Below are positions 25,561 to 39,992 of a stretch of 64,000 bases of DNA, piece after piece. Position 1 is the first letter of the stretch. Every line of letters starts with the position of its first letter. The notes below the pieces were generated by a model that was not told the origin of the DNA, searched no databases, and saw only the letters and a list, made by a program, of their open reading frames with translations. The stretch comes from Octopus vulgaris. Lineage: Eukaryota. The stretch is from positions 64,976,001 to 65,040,000 of the forward strand of contig OX597828.1 in assembly GCA_951406725.2 (NCBI GenBank), in the 5' to 3' direction. Made by a program: the position numbers and the translations under genes.

Positions 25561-27332
25561 TGTGATAAGAAGAAATATTGATAATATTAATACAGACATA
25601 ACTCAACCTACGTCGTTTCGAATTACTTATTTATCGACCTTTATATAATGTTTTTGAATAAAATTGATAGACAAAAATCTGAACATTAGTTGACTTATCC
25701 ACCTCGATGTCAGTTTCAGCGGATATATTTAAAAACATAAAAATTAAAATATAGAAAACTACATATCCAATACTGAGGTGAAAAATCACATATAATGCAT
25801 GTGAAAATACACGTAAACAATTTATTAAAACATATGTAAGTTAATAATGCATGTAAATCATATCGCATGTCTTGGAACCAATTAGCAACGTAAGTTTAGA
25901 TATGTTTGTATTAGTTTCTAATGTATGGACATTGACATTTTTTAGGGAAAGCAGTATTGGAACACTATCGACCCAGTACTTACTCAGGCTAAGAATTTCG
26001 TTGTCAATATGCTGAGAGCAACTACAATCAAGTAATTCATAGTTACAAAATCACGAAACACTAAAATGAGTGGCTATTGCGAAAGCTTCAGAAGATGAAC
26101 AATACAGGAAAACGAGTGAGCTGGTAGGGATTCTGCATAAAGAAAATGTATTAGAAAGTAATATAAAATAATGACGCATGCTAATTGTAAAATTATAAAC
26201 AATCACGCAATAACTAAAACAAAGTACTTTTCATAACATCAGAAAAAATGTTGCTAGATCCACCCACATAAAACCCTCTGTTTATAATGGAATTTATTAC
26301 ACTCAAAAAAGCCTCAGGAATATCATTTGCGTCGGACGAGAGAGTGAAATAGATTTTCATTATTTTATGGCAAGTGTTCCATTGTTCAGACATCTTTTTT
26401 CTTTTCTTTGTTTTGTGTTACTGGGGCGTTTCCTTTCGTTGTTTAAGAGACGAGATCTTATACAGATGTTTTGACAAGAGAAGAAAAAAAGATAATAAAC
26501 ACCATTAAAAAAACACCTTTAAATTTTTTTTTGGCATAAACACTAATGTTTAGAACTTTGAAATCTCTCCGAGATTCTGTGTACAAAGAAGTTTTTAAAA
26601 AAACAAAACACTATTTCAAGCGATGTTGTAAGGGAAAAAAATTCTTCATTTTGAAAGCGGCCCAAAAAATACCCCTGGCAAGATTATTATCCACATGGCA
26701 CCACAAACAAAATAAAATAAACTGAAGTTATATAAAAACAGGGTAACATTATACAATAGGCCTCTCCCAGCATATCGAATAGGGTGTTTACTGCTTTGCG
26801 ATCAGCAACTGAAACTCCTGCCATTTTTCATAATAGGTGACTTTCCTCCTTGTCTTCCAATTTGGTCACGCCGGGTTTTCTGCTATTCTGGCTCAAAAGG
26901 CAATAGACCGTTCTCAAAAGATTTTGTTCGCTTGGCGTTTATGAGCCGATGCCATGCTGGTATCTCTCTCATGGCCATTGCCGTTGATTTTACTAATGAA
27001 ATTATTTATAGAATTTATAGAATTTCTTGCTTATTCGGTATATGTTCAGTGTGGGGCGATTCTGGATACTTTTTTCTTTTTGCGATAGGGTAGGTGATAA
27101 GTGGCTGTTATTTCTTCTAACCTTGATGGTATAAAGATCGTTTCGTTTGGCTGATTATTATAGATAACAATATTTATATCTGACTCCAAAGTTGCATGTG
27201 CCAGTCATTTTTAAAGCCCCAAGGTGACGCACAAGCATCTGCCTAACGGTTTACTATAACTCTAAGTTATTAGTATCCGTGTGCCTAAGCGAAATATGTG
27301 TGTGTGTGAGTGTGTGTGTGTGTGTGTGCGTG

Positions 27333-27363
<31 letters not shown>

Positions 27364-27426
27364 ATGTTTCTAAGTACGCAAGTGCTGTTGGCGATTTCTT
27401 TTCCTTCCTTGGATTTTTTTCTTTCT

Positions 27427-27464
27427 CTTTTCTGACGAAGAGCTATGCTCGAAACGTTAAAAAC
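27427..27464 (+). ncRNA. Minimal type I hammerhead ribozyme motif (PLE pseudo-LTR)
   Basis: TTTT-CTGACGA-A-GAGC(TAT)GCTC-GAAA-CGTT-A-AAAA: intact core and palindromic stem III AACGTT. Downstream sequence is homologous to 42288-42395(-). Confidence 0.7.
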
Positions 27465-29001
27465 TCTCTTTACTGAGCGTCAAACTAATACATTCCTTGT
27501 GCACGTCCTCTTGTTGTTTTTTATTGTTAATTTTCTTGTTCGTTTATTTGAATGGAATATATGCGCAAGTGTGTGCATGTGTGTATGAGTGTGTATGTGT
27601 GTGTATGAGTCTGGATAAATATATATATATGTATGTATGTATGTATGTACGTTTGTATGTATGTATATAAGGGATGGAAGTGTTTGTGCGTGTGTTGCTC
27701 AAGTGTCTGCAGTTACTTTTTAAGATATTTACACAGGTCATCACAAACAATGTTGAAATTGTTATGTTTATTTATTTGAAAAAATCAATAAACCGACAAC
27801 GAAATGAGTCTCAGATGATTTCAGCTTTATAATTGCTTGAGTAAACAATGCTTTCAGTTTTCTTCTAAGTAAAGATATTTGCAGATGTCGGATTGCTAAG
27901 TACAATTTAGAAATCCAACATATTTCATATGGAGTGATTCTACGTTCTCAGTGTTTAGGAATAAGTATCATCGTAGCAGGAGTTCTATAATCAGAGATTA
28001 CAAATAATTCTAGCGTGGTGGAAATGCATATAATATTGAACTGATAAAGTTTGAGTAACTAAAGGAAAATAAAAACAAAAAAAAAAGCTTTTATAAACCA
28101 ACTTGATAAGGGGCCACAATACATATATTATTTTATAGTCTATTTTCGTATGTTGGCCCCATTTTTCAATATAGATAAACAATACTCTGTAGTAAGAGGT
28201 GTTTACTCTGTGGTCCCAGACTACGTATAGAATCAACAAATATATATATGATACTGTTTATTTAGTGACTAAACGTGACTTATTATCAAAGAACTTTTAT
28301 GAGATTATTACCGTCTTTAAAAAATATTTTAGCATGAATGTAGAATGATAGTAGACAACGGCACAAAACCATAAGGAAGAAAAAAAAACACAAGGAAAAA
28401 ATAGTACAGGTAAAAGAAAAAAACTAAATGAGAGGGAAAATGAATGACTACAAAAGTAGATAGACAGACATATTTAACGTTTGAATATCCTTTTAATTTG
28501 TTATATAAAATTGAATGTGTAGTTTAAATGCTGTAATAGACAAACAAGTCTTCTGCATAAAGAAAATGACATAGAAGCGTAAATTGGAGTATACGTGGAT
28601 GGTGCGAGAGAGAGTAAGAGAGAGAGAGAGAGAGAGAGTGGTTCAAAAGTCATTATATGGTACATACATTGTAAAATTTAATTTTATCTCAAATTCGAAC
28701 ACTTCGGTACATGTGTCAGCCTATGTGTTTCTCTCTGTGTGTGTGTGTGTGTGTGAACCTCGTGCTTATTCTCAGAGCTCAGATTTGGATAAGTGTGGGG
28801 TCGACTATTACAGGAGGTATATCTAACTGTCTACATTCGATCCATGATTTTACCTTACGATAATGATGCTATCACCCTAACCACTAAGCCACTGCAATTT
28901 TTGTGATTAATATTTAATATACATTCTTTGTGAGTATATATACATACATACATATATACATATATATGTGTGTATCTATGTGTGCGTGTACTATTCTGAT
29001 T

Positions 29002-29110
<109 letters not shown>

Positions 29111-29112
29111 AT

Positions 29113-29359
29113 AAACGTGTCCTTTTAAAGCCTAGCCAGGCTCATGGGCCCGGATTCCCAGTTTCTATGGTGTATGTGTTCCGCAGCTGGCCGGGACGCC
29201 AGTCCACCGCAGCGTTACTCATTTTTGCCAGCTGAGAGGGCTGGAGCAACGTGAATTGAAGTGTTTTGCACAAGAACACAACGCGTTGCCCGGTCCAGGA
29301 AACGAAACCACAACCTTACGATAATGATGCTATCACCCTAACCACTAAGCCACGCGCCT

Positions 29360-29361
<2 letters not shown>
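29113..29361 (-). mobile_element. tRNA-derived SINE, same family as 8521
   Basis: Reverse-complement homology to 8521-8762 over the full length. Confidence 0.85.
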
Positions 29362-29444
<83 letters not shown>

Positions 29445-29812
29445 CACACATTTATTTTATACATATACATATAAACATATATATAAGTATGTACATTAGT
29501 TGCAGCATTACAACTTTATCGCTAATACTTAAACACTACTGTAGCTTCTCAGCCAATAAATACAACTTATATGCATTCTGTTTAGCGTAAATTTCTAATT
29601 CTCCCGTTGATATCAACAACAATATGTGCGTGTGAAATTGTGTGTGCCTATGTATAACTAATTCCATGCAAACATATTTGCATATATGTATAGGGAAATA
29701 TATATACTGACATATACATATATGCGTATATACGCATATATGTAAATGTAAGTATGTATATATATATATGAACACACAAATATATATATGCGTATATAGT
29801 CAGACTCTCTCT

Positions 29813-29864
<52 letters not shown>

Positions 29865-29934
29865 CAGATATATATAGATATATTTATATAGAGAGATATA
29901 GCGATATATGTGTATGTGTAGGCATATATACATA

Positions 29935-30315
29935 TGCATTGAAACACTTGATGGACCATCAACCCAACCCTCAACCTGACACCTCCACACTTCTTCGTCT
30001 GGCCAAACTTGTTCTTTCTCTCAACTGCTTCTCGTTCGTGGGAGATTTTACCAACACCTTTCGGGAGTGGCCATGGGAACGAGAATGGGCTTCAACTGTG
30101 CTAACCTGTTCGTTGGCTACGTTGAGGCCCAAATACTCTCACGATTCACTGGCCCCACTCCCAAACTATACGATCGTTATATCGATGACTATATCCGTGT
30201 GACCTCACTCTCCCGCGAACAACTAGACTCCTTTTTCTCTTTTGTCCAATCCTTCCATCCTGCCATTGAATTCCCCTGCCCTATTTCAAACACTTCCCTA
30301 GCATTTCTTGGCATG
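29935..30315 (+). mobile_element. Penelope-like element reverse transcriptase fragment
   Basis: [17 protein letters not shown] / GVAMGTRMGFNCANLFVG / RYIDD / FHPAIEF..SLAFL; one frameshift. Confidence 0.88.
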
Positions 30316-31673
30316 TCTCGTAGTAATTAGACTCGACAACTACACCACGGCCTCCCGCGATTTCTTCTCTACCAGTCATTCAATACATCTGTCTGCGTTC
30401 GGATTGTCTTCGGTGTGTAGTGAAGCAAATCTTTGCTGAACCCTTTTATTAGTATTAATTAAGGGAGTTCATCTTCTTTCTTCATTCCTTTGAGCCACAT
30501 GGGCTTAACTCCCATGCTTCCTTCATCTAGCTCCCACCTCTTTTCATCTGACTCCCCTCCTTTCTTCATCTGACATCTACTTCCACTCTTCACTCCTGTT
30601 CACCTCCTATTTTCATTCAAACATCCACCCCTAACTCCACACACCCACTCCTCCCCCACACTCAAAAATCACACCCATCCACCCATACCAGCACACAACC
30701 GACACTACTTCACACACACTAATACTGACACTTCCCAGTACCCATTCCACACACCATCATCCACACATCACACCCACATACAATCTTCAACAATGTCCCC
30801 ACACATACCACTATATGAACAGCCACACGTTACAGATGCACACACAGACACACACATACACACTCATGCACACCCAGACTCCTCAAAGATTTGTCAGTCA
30901 CCTCACCCCCAGCCACCTCCTCTCAAACCCACCCCTTACTCCCACACCCTACCACCACCCACAACTACTACTACACACCCCACACCACACGTCTACACGC
31001 ATACTAGCACTGACCTCTTCCCAGCACCCACAGCACACACCCTCATTCACACACCGACATCCACACACAATTTTTAATAACGTCACTACACACCACTATA
31101 CGAGTAGTCACACGTAACAGACGCACACACTTACACTCAAACACACACATACGCGCACGCACACACCCAGACTTGTTAAAGATCTGACAAAGTCACTAGC
31201 CCCTATTCACAAACACACACATACATACACACACACACTTGCACTTTCAGACACACTATTCTCACATATACGCACGCGCACATTCAGTTGGGGTCATCGT
31301 CATTTTATTATCTCCTTTTCTTCTAACCTCTTCTTTCAAACTTCTTTTGTAGTCAGACCTCATGTGCTTGACCGCTAAACCTACAGGTTTCTTCATTTCC
31401 TGTTTTATTTCTATTTCTCTCTTATTCCTTTCTGTTGAAAAGCGTAGGCTCGAGACTAATACACTTGCCATATATATATATATAAGAAATAGCTAAGCTA
31501 ATATTTTTGGCTGCTATTTCTAAACTTCGGTGTGTAGTGAAGCAAATCTTTGCTGAACCCTTTTATTAGTATTAATTAAGTTTGCCGCGAAATTGTCCAT
31601 TTTTCATACCGAATTCTGCTTGGTGAAATTATTGATTACTTCTTAATTGATTAATTTTACCCTTTGTTATTAT

Positions 31674-31729
<56 letters not shown>

Positions 31730-31743
31730 GATTTTGATAATCA

Positions 31744-31785
<42 letters not shown>

Positions 31786-33231
31786 CAAAATGGGACAACA
31801 ACACAAAACATCCGGACAACCAGGTGATACAAAAAGAGACAACAAAACATCCAGATAGACGATACAAAAGAACAAGTACGGGTCATTCAAAGCCTTTTAT
31901 CCTCAGTCAAGAACCGGATCATCCTCGCAATTTCGGCTGATTAATCTTTATATTTATATATATATATATATATTGCATGCACAGTGAGTGATTTATTAAC
32001 TTAAATGCTTAATATCAACTTCATAAATTTGTGACCTTACTTCGGCTAAACTATTTGTCATGTCCACCATAAACAACTTCGCAAACGTATACTGCGCATT
32101 TCTGCTTCGCACACAGGAAATGGAATTCTATGCAAAAAGCATAATGGCCTATCAAGTGTTTAATATTCTCTCGGCAATTTTCTGCCGAATCGCCACGTTA
32201 CGAAAGAAAGCAACGCCCATTGTAAAGCGGACAGACACACTCACACACATACATGCACATGCACACTTACACACACACACACACACACAAATATATTGCA
32301 ACTAATAATCAAATGACTGCTAAAGTGATTCTTATTTTTCTTAATTGACTTATACATACATACTTGCTTTCCCCACTCTCGCCTCCCTCACCTCCCAACA
32401 CCATAACACCACACCACACACCACTACACCTTACACCACCACACCACACAACTGCCTGCCCTCAGTGTCCGCTGATTTTCCTCTTATTCAGCTATTCAAA
32501 GTACTATTTAAATCCCTAAGTGAGGTGGGATGCCCGGGGACATTAATCTAAAAGTAAAAGAACTTTGAAATCTAAATTATTATTATTATTTTTTTATATA
32601 TTTTTCAAATACAGAACAAAAATGCATTTTGAACCATTCTTCAAAGAACTGCTTTGTTACCAAAGCCCTTTTATTCGGTTTTCAAATTACTGAAAGGGAT
32701 TGTTTATCACTGCCTTTTAATGCTTTTGGATCCATTGTACGATAAATTGGCATCGGTTTTAATTTGTATTCAACTTTGGCATTACCTCCAAGAAGAAGTG
32801 TTAAGTTATCCTTTGGTGCTTTATAACCCGGTGTCGCCGCCTCTTTTCTTGCTTGAAGAGTTCTTTTTTTTTTAAATATCGCCTATTACTTTTTTAACTT
32901 ACAAAACCGATCAAAATTTACTTTAACTTGTATATTATATTTTTATTAAAGTGTGACACAAGATGCTATAAAAATATCAAGGAAGCAGTAAAAACAACCC
33001 GAAAATTCATGGACTGCCGTCTTATCTTAGAAAAAAGTTATAATTATAAAATGCAAAAAACGAAAAATAGATTGATCTTACTAATACTGTTTTTTTTTTT
33101 AAATCAGCTTTACCGTGTTAGACTTCACTGAAAAAAAACAAAAACATATCCATTTTAGAAAATTTCTTCTGATTTTGTTTCTATATAAAATGTTCTTTAA
33201 AAATAGGCATGGCGCAATATGGCTTCAATAT

Positions 33232-33476
33232 TCCTTTCTGATGCAGCCACAAGAGCTGAAATTTTGGGGAAATGAGCCTAATCGATTACATCGACCCCCT
33301 GTGCTTGACTGGTACTTAATTTATCGACCCTGAACTGATGAAAGGCAAAGTCGACCCCGAACAGATGAAAGGCCAAGTCGACCACGATGGTATTTGCACT
33401 CAGAGCGCAAGTGCGGGTAAAATACCGCAAAGCATCTCGTCCGACTTGCAAACAGCTCTACTCGCTCGCCACCTTA
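33232..33476 (-). mobile_element. Nin-domain SINE
   Basis: CTGGTACTTAATTTATCGACCC..GATGAAAGGCAAAGTCGACC (locally duplicated). Confidence 0.8.
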
Positions 33477-34579
33477 ATAGTGCAACGATATTAGAAGTGG
33501 GAGTATTTCCGTTTCAAAGTTTTGAGCAGTAATTAATGGGTGAAAATTATTTTTCATTCGATAATAAATTTTATTTAAAAAAGAGGGGATCCAGATCTTT
33601 TCTATAAACTCATGAAAAAAAAAAAAAAATCGGACAACTGCATCACTTTTGATAGAATTTCAAGGAGTTTTGTCGATTTATTTTAAATATACTAGTTAAG
33701 CAGTAATAGGTGTGGCACACGACCTTATTCGTGAAGGATTGATACGGAACTGAAGATGAGGTGCTGCCAATGCTTCAAAGGGTTTACACATAAAAAATAC
33801 TTGTGGAAACGAGTTAATCAATTTTGACACCGCATATATTAAGGGTAAGTCTCAAAACTTTTTGGCGCACTAATCAAGGGATTGCTGTATAACTTGGAAA
33901 TGTTTGTATGTACGTTTCTCGTGTGTTACTAACTACTTGAAAACGGTGCATCGTAAGAAGAAACTCTCAGAATCCCCATATCTCAAAGCATATAATACTA
34001 CGCTTTTGCCGGAAAACGGGGAAGGGTAGAACACTCGGAAATTCAACCCCCAACCTCAGTGTGGGCAGGGTCTGCATGCACCAGTTTCCTAGTCACCCTT
34101 CGCCACTGATGGTTAACACTACTACCATCCCGTACATCACCTTCATTATTGCTATTGTTAGTGGTGGTGATAGTAGTAGTAATAACTGTAGAATTTATTT
34201 TTATTACTATCATCATTACAATTATCACCGTTACTATAACTGTTATTATTGTTACTAGTTTATCCGTGCCGTCAGAAATGACGGCATGAAAATGGTACGG
34301 AAAATAAAATTAAAATTAAAACATTACAGCTTTTATCTCAGTAATTGCTTCAGCGTATTTCTAGTGAAAACTCTGCCGGCGATGAGTGTGTCTTGCTTTG
34401 GATGGTCCTTTTTAGTATTAATTAATTCTTCCTTTCTTCTCCCCGATATTCCCTCTCTTTCGATTTCTCTCCTTTGTGCTGCTTCCTCTTCCGTTTCATC
34501 TTGTCGCCTTTGCAATGATCTCCTTCTTAGATATTCTCTTCTCACTGCTGCTTGCTCTTCATCTTTGCGCTTTTGTGCT

Positions 34580-34632
<53 letters not shown>

Positions 34633-35544
34633 GGAAGTCTCTCCTTTGTGCAATTAGGTACTCCTTTTCATTTTGACGTCTTCGATCCTGTCTTCTTGCG
34701 TCTTGCGCTCGTCTCTCTTGTATCACTTCTTGTGATTAATTTAATAATCTTAATGTATTGTTTAATCTTCTTGCGTCCAGTTCTTCCCGAGTGTGACTGG
34801 CTGTTCTTCGCCTTTTTCTCTCTCTCTGGCTAGCCGCTGCCTTCTGTGCCTTCTGTCTGATTCCTTCTCCATAGCAGGTGGATGAGTGTATTTAATACAA
34901 GGGAGCGCAGACTTCAAAACAAATGAATATATTTGTGTATGTGCATGTGCGTGTTTGTGTGTGTATGTGTCTGTGTGTGTGTGTGTGTGTGTGTACCTTA
35001 GTTTGTTTATATGTCTATACGTAACCATACGGAGTCCAAAATTACACAGGATTACATTAACGACATACACACAGAGACATTAATTTTCCCAGCAACATCT
35101 ACACGTTCTCTATCTCTGTCTGTCTGTTTGTCTCTCCCTCACTCACTTTACCACCTAAAATAGAAGAAGATCTTGAAGAGAAACTTCACCGCCTTGGTAA
35201 AGTTCTTCATTCATCAACATTTACATCGCTGTATCGGCAAGTATTTACAAATATTTAAAATTACCTCCCCTTTATATATTATCAAACTTTCTTTCAATAG
35301 ACAATATTTAAATTTTATGACTTAAAAATCTCTACTTATTTACTTGTCTTATATTCTATAAACTTTGCAATTTTTTAAGCAGAAAAATCTTCCTGAACAG
35401 TCAAACATCCATAGAGACAACAGAAAAAACAATTTTGATGTACAAAAATCTTATTTACTTATCTTATATATTGTTATTGATGTTTACCAGAAAAAATAAT
35501 CAACGTTCCTCAAATAAAAATGAAAATGTTGCTGTTCAGAGAGA

Positions 35545-35575
<31 letters not shown>

Positions 35576-35825
35576 TGTGTGTGTGTGTGTGTGTGCGTCT
35601 GTAGATAGAGAGAGAGTGAGTGAGAGAGAAAGAGAGAGAAGCAGCGTTCATCAATAAAGTGAAAAGGTCTTTGTCGAGAGAGAGGGCGAGAGGCGCTGTT
35701 TGATGCCCCCCCCTCTTCCATTTTTATCACGATTTTGCCTCTTCCCTTTTATGACTCTTACACTGTTACTCACCTATTGCGTGATTTTGGACAAACTTAC
35801 AAACAAGCTCATTATCATAATAGAT

Positions 35826-36195
35826 TTATGTCCATTTAAAACAGGTGTGAATTTTATCAATACAATTCTTTTGTCTGACTTTTCTTTCGACTTCACTTGA
35901 GTTGTGTAGTTTGTAGATTGGGAATATTATAAACTTGTTCTGACCACATGTTGCCAGATAGTTGCTTAAAAAGATCTGACCGACATCAGGGTCCGTAATT
36001 TGCCGTCGGTTCACACGTGAATATTTCAGCAATGAATTCCCAGTCTGACCAAAATATTTCTTTTCACAATTCAGGCATTTGATACAGTAAATTAAATTTC
36101 TAATTTTGCAGTACATATATTGACCGGTGTGCATGAAGTGACATGTACCATATCGATTATCATTGCATTTAGATACAATTCCTCGCCTGTACTGA
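35826..36195 (-). mobile_element. Penelope-like GIY-YIG endonuclease fragment
   Basis: KCNDNRYGTC...NLIYCIKCLNCEKKYFGQTGNSL (IY-YxG with the preceding Cys motif). Confidence 0.8.
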
Positions 36196-36213
36196 ATAGC
36201 CAATTAATATACC

Positions 36214-36446
36214 TATTTCTTTACTACTCACAAGGGGCTAAACACGGAGAGGACAAACAAGGACAGACAAACGGATTAAGTCGATTATGTCGACCCCAGT
36301 GCGTAACTGGTACTTATTTAATCGACCCCGAAAGGATGAAAGGCAAAGTTGACCTCGGCAGAATTTGAACTCAGAACGTAACGGCAGACGAAATACGGCA
36401 ATGCTCTTCGCCCGGCGTGGTAACGTTTCTGCCAGCTCGCTGCCTT
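36214..36446 (-). mobile_element. Nin-domain SINE with 18 bp TSD
   Basis: ATAGCCAATTAATATACC at 36196-36213 and 36447-36464. Confidence 0.92.
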
Positions 36447-36546
36447 ATAGCCAATTAATATACCGTAAGTGATTTGCGGTCAGCAGGTTTACATGGGATT
36501 AAAGCTATCGTCACAGTGTCAAACTGTTTAAAATTATATGAAATAA

Positions 36547-36995
36547 GGCGCAGGAGTGGCTTCGTGGTAAGAAGCTTGCTTCCCGACCACATGGTTCCGG
36601 GTTCAGTCCCACAGCATAGCATCTTGGGCAAGTGACTTCTACTTATAGCCTAGTGACGATGAAAGCCTTGTGTGTGGATTTGGTAGACGGAAACTGAAAG
36701 AAGCTTATCATATATATATATATATATATGTGTGTGTGCGTGCGTATGTGTTTGTGTGTGTGTGTGAATTTTTGTGTCTGTGTTTACCTCCCCTACCACC
36801 GCTTGACAACCGATGTTGGTATGTTTACATCCCCGAAACTTTGCGGTTTGGCTAAAGAGCCCGATAGGCAAAGTACAATACTTAAAACAAAAATAAGTGC
36901 TGTGGTTGATTTATACGACTAGAAAAAATATTCCAGGTGGCACCCCAGCTTGGCCGCAGTCTAATGACTGAAACAAGTAAAATATAAAAGAAAAA
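36547..36995 (+). mobile_element. Full-length CORE-like SINE
   Basis: GGCGCAGGAGTGGC..GGTTCAGTCCC..CTTGGGCAAGTG (CORE-like), internal microsatellite, tail GGCCGCAGTCTAATGACTGAAACAAGTAAAA. Confidence 0.88.
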
Positions 36996-37939
36996 AATAA
37001 AAGAATATGTTTTATCATGTTTCCTATATGTTTGCGACATATCGACAGATAAAAATTGAATTTTGTTTACTAAAAGCAGATTGAAAGTTTTGTCTGAAGT
37101 GTCAGTATCATCTATCGAGTTTTCTGATAAAGTCTTCCATTTTTTATTCTACTTTCCAGTCTTATTCGAATTAACACGGAAAATATTTCTATCCTACTGG
37201 GGGTTTTTTCTAAATTTTTTTCTTATTTTTTAAAAATTCCATCTTTCCTCTACAACTTTTGTCTATTGTTTTTGAAATTATCATACATTTTACCTCTTCT
37301 TCAAAACAGTTGACGATGGAATGTCAATAGAAAGAAAAAAAACTATCAACGAATTTATTATACAGCCGAACACTTTGTAGACATCCATTCATTTGAAACC
37401 GTGTCACTTCGATAATGGTATCATAAACACAGTGATAAATAAACTGGAGACAAAATGCCAGTCACAAAAAGTGTAGCGTTAAATAATAATCTCTACGATA
37501 CCCTGATAATTAATATAGTCTGTCACAGAAACCTTATCTCATTTTACAGTTTTTAAAGGACGTTTCGGTGATTTATTTTCCTAAATTAATCATATCCTTG
37601 TATAGATACAAATACAAGTAGATATACAGTTCTAAATACGCCAACCTATACTGACATACAGCTGCTCAAACAGACATATTTGCACACTCTCACACGTTTA
37701 TATGTTTGTGTGTGTGTGTGTGTGTGTGTGTGCGTAAGTGTAAATGATATTGGTGGTGTACTAAGACATTGAGACAATCTAAGAATAGCATTCCGCCATT
37801 TGTTTACGTGAGTGATATGGTTTCCGTAAGCGTAAATGTATGAAGGCAATGTAATGTCGAAGTAATACGATGGTAATTTTATCACCTTCTGTGTGATATA
37901 AGTAAGATAAATTGTGTGTTTTGTGCTGAAAGATTTTCC

Positions 37940-38323
37940 TGTGGTAAGAAGCTTTCTTACCAACCACATCGTTTCGCGTTCAGTCGCGCTGCGTGGCACC
38001 TTAACCAAGTTCCTTCTACTATGTCCTCAGGCCTACCAAAACCTTGTTTGTGCATTTGGTAGACGGAAACTGAAAGACGACCCTCGTATGTATATGTATA
38101 TATCTATGCTTGTCTTAGGGTCTGTGTTTCTGCCCACATCTCCGCTTGACAACCGGTGGTTTGTGTTTACGTCTCAGCGGTTCGGCAAATGAGACCGATA
38201 AAATAAGTACTAGGCTTTAAAAAATAAATCCTGATGTTAAATGACTAAAACAAGTAAAAGAATAAAAGAATATGTTATAAGGGCGCAGGAGTGGCTGTGT
38301 GGTAAGTAGCTTGCTTACCAACT
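37940..38323 (+). mobile_element. CORE-like SINE plus a second truncated head
   Basis: Homologous to 36547 copy; second head GGCGCAGGAGTGGCTGTGTGGTAAG at 38282. Confidence 0.8.
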
Positions 38324-38376
<53 letters not shown>

Positions 38377-38889
38377 ATTTTTGAATGGTTAATCTCGAAG
38401 GAGTTAGAGCTATGAATAATGAATATTAGCGTATAAGAATTGAGTTAAAATCTCATTGAATAAAAAAGGACGAAAAGTTCCCATGTGATTCTAGCCCACA
38501 TCTACAGTTCACAGGGCAAGCATTCTATCACTAGAGAAAGTCACTCGTTTGGATGTTTCTATCCTTTTTAGCAACTTTATTCATACCTGCGAGAATTGTA
38601 TATTGTTGATGGCATTAGAATTTAGAATCTTCGAGAAAGTGAAATAAGTATATTTAGTAGTTTTAGATTTGCCATAAATGTATCACAATTCTAATATTCC
38701 ATCATCAGATATTAACCGATTCTCCTGCATCGTCTTGGCGGCTCAGTGCATAAAACCATCAACCGAACCTGCGGAGAAACATACCATGTCTACAAGGCAT
38801 CCTGTTGTATGGAACAGCAAAAGGGCAGTAAGCTTACTTCCTGCTGCTCCTGTGCTTTCTAGAATTCGGTAGATGATACCCTGACAGTG

Positions 38890-39545
38890 TATCTCCTGTT
38901 ATCATTCTCTTCACAAAATGGTCATTTTCTTCACCTTTCTTCAACAAATCGCTGAAGAAATGAGTTGGTCGAGGTTAACCTCATTCAATTGGTGCAGGAA
39001 ATAAACATCGAGCTCCTCACGTAACCATATTGATGCAGATAGCTTTCAACGCTCGATTTGGATATTTGAAGAATATCTACGACGAATCTTCTAGTATAAT
39101 GAGGATTGGTATCGACTAACTCCTTCCTTTTGTCGTTGTAATCTCAGTTGGCCGGCCAGAGAATGATGCATCTTAAACCGAAAGTTTTACGATTGAAATT
39201 TCGAAAACTACTTCTTATTTCTTTACTGCCTACAAGAGGACAAACAAGGACAGACATACGGATTAAGTCGATTATATCGAACCAGTGCGTAACTGGTACT
39301 TATTTAATCGACCCCGAAAGGATGAAAGGCAAAGTCGACCTCGGCGGAATTTGAACTCAGAACGTAGCGGCAGACGAAATACCGCTAAGCATATCGCCCG
39401 GCGTGTTAACATTTCTCCTATCTCGAAAACTAATTCTGGCACATAACTTCCGTCACAGCGTCTTCTCCATACATGGTGCATATCCTCTTGGATCGCTTTA
39501 TTGCCTTTTTTTCAAATAAAGCAGCATAAGGTTTTGATAATGTTC
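38890..39545 (-). mobile_element. Highly degenerate mariner transposase N-terminal half, interrupted by a SINE
   Basis: Manual translation: LMLLYLKKG..MYGEDAVTEVMCQN*FS / SGRPTE..ELVDTNPHYT..ISKSSV..LHQYGYV..LHQLNEVNL..FVKRMITGD. Confidence 0.7.
39211..39422 (-). mobile_element. Nin-domain SINE with 10 bp TSD
   Basis: TCGAAAACTA at 39201-39210 and 39423-39432. Confidence 0.9.
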
Positions 39546-39954
39546 ACTTAGGATCTCCACTTTCCAGGGTAATCCCCAGCATACAAAATACAATCTGTGT
39601 CGTCGCAAGATCGCATCGAACTACGTAAAAATGTAAATTATCTAACGAGTGCCCGTTCAGAGAGGAACAGAAAAAAAAAAACGAACGGACGTCATAATCA
39701 AAGGTAGTAAAACTCGAGAGCTTCGTGGCATGCCACGAAACTCTAAGGATTTTAGTCACTTTGTTGAAATACTTATGTGTATGTATATATATATTTATAT
39801 ATATATATATATATATACATCAGCAAAAATCAGAAGATAGTGACAAGTAAGGGAACAACAAAGCAGGTGTTTCAGTCTGATGCTCAGGTAAAATGAAAGT
39901 CATCAACGTCACTGGACTACGCTAAACACATAGACTTATTTCAATTTATCCACT

Positions 39955-39992
<38 letters not shown>

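Noticed and set aside
34333-34870. Arg/Glu-rich minus ORF
   Set aside because: Arises from purine-rich low-complexity sequence and (GA)n; no motif.
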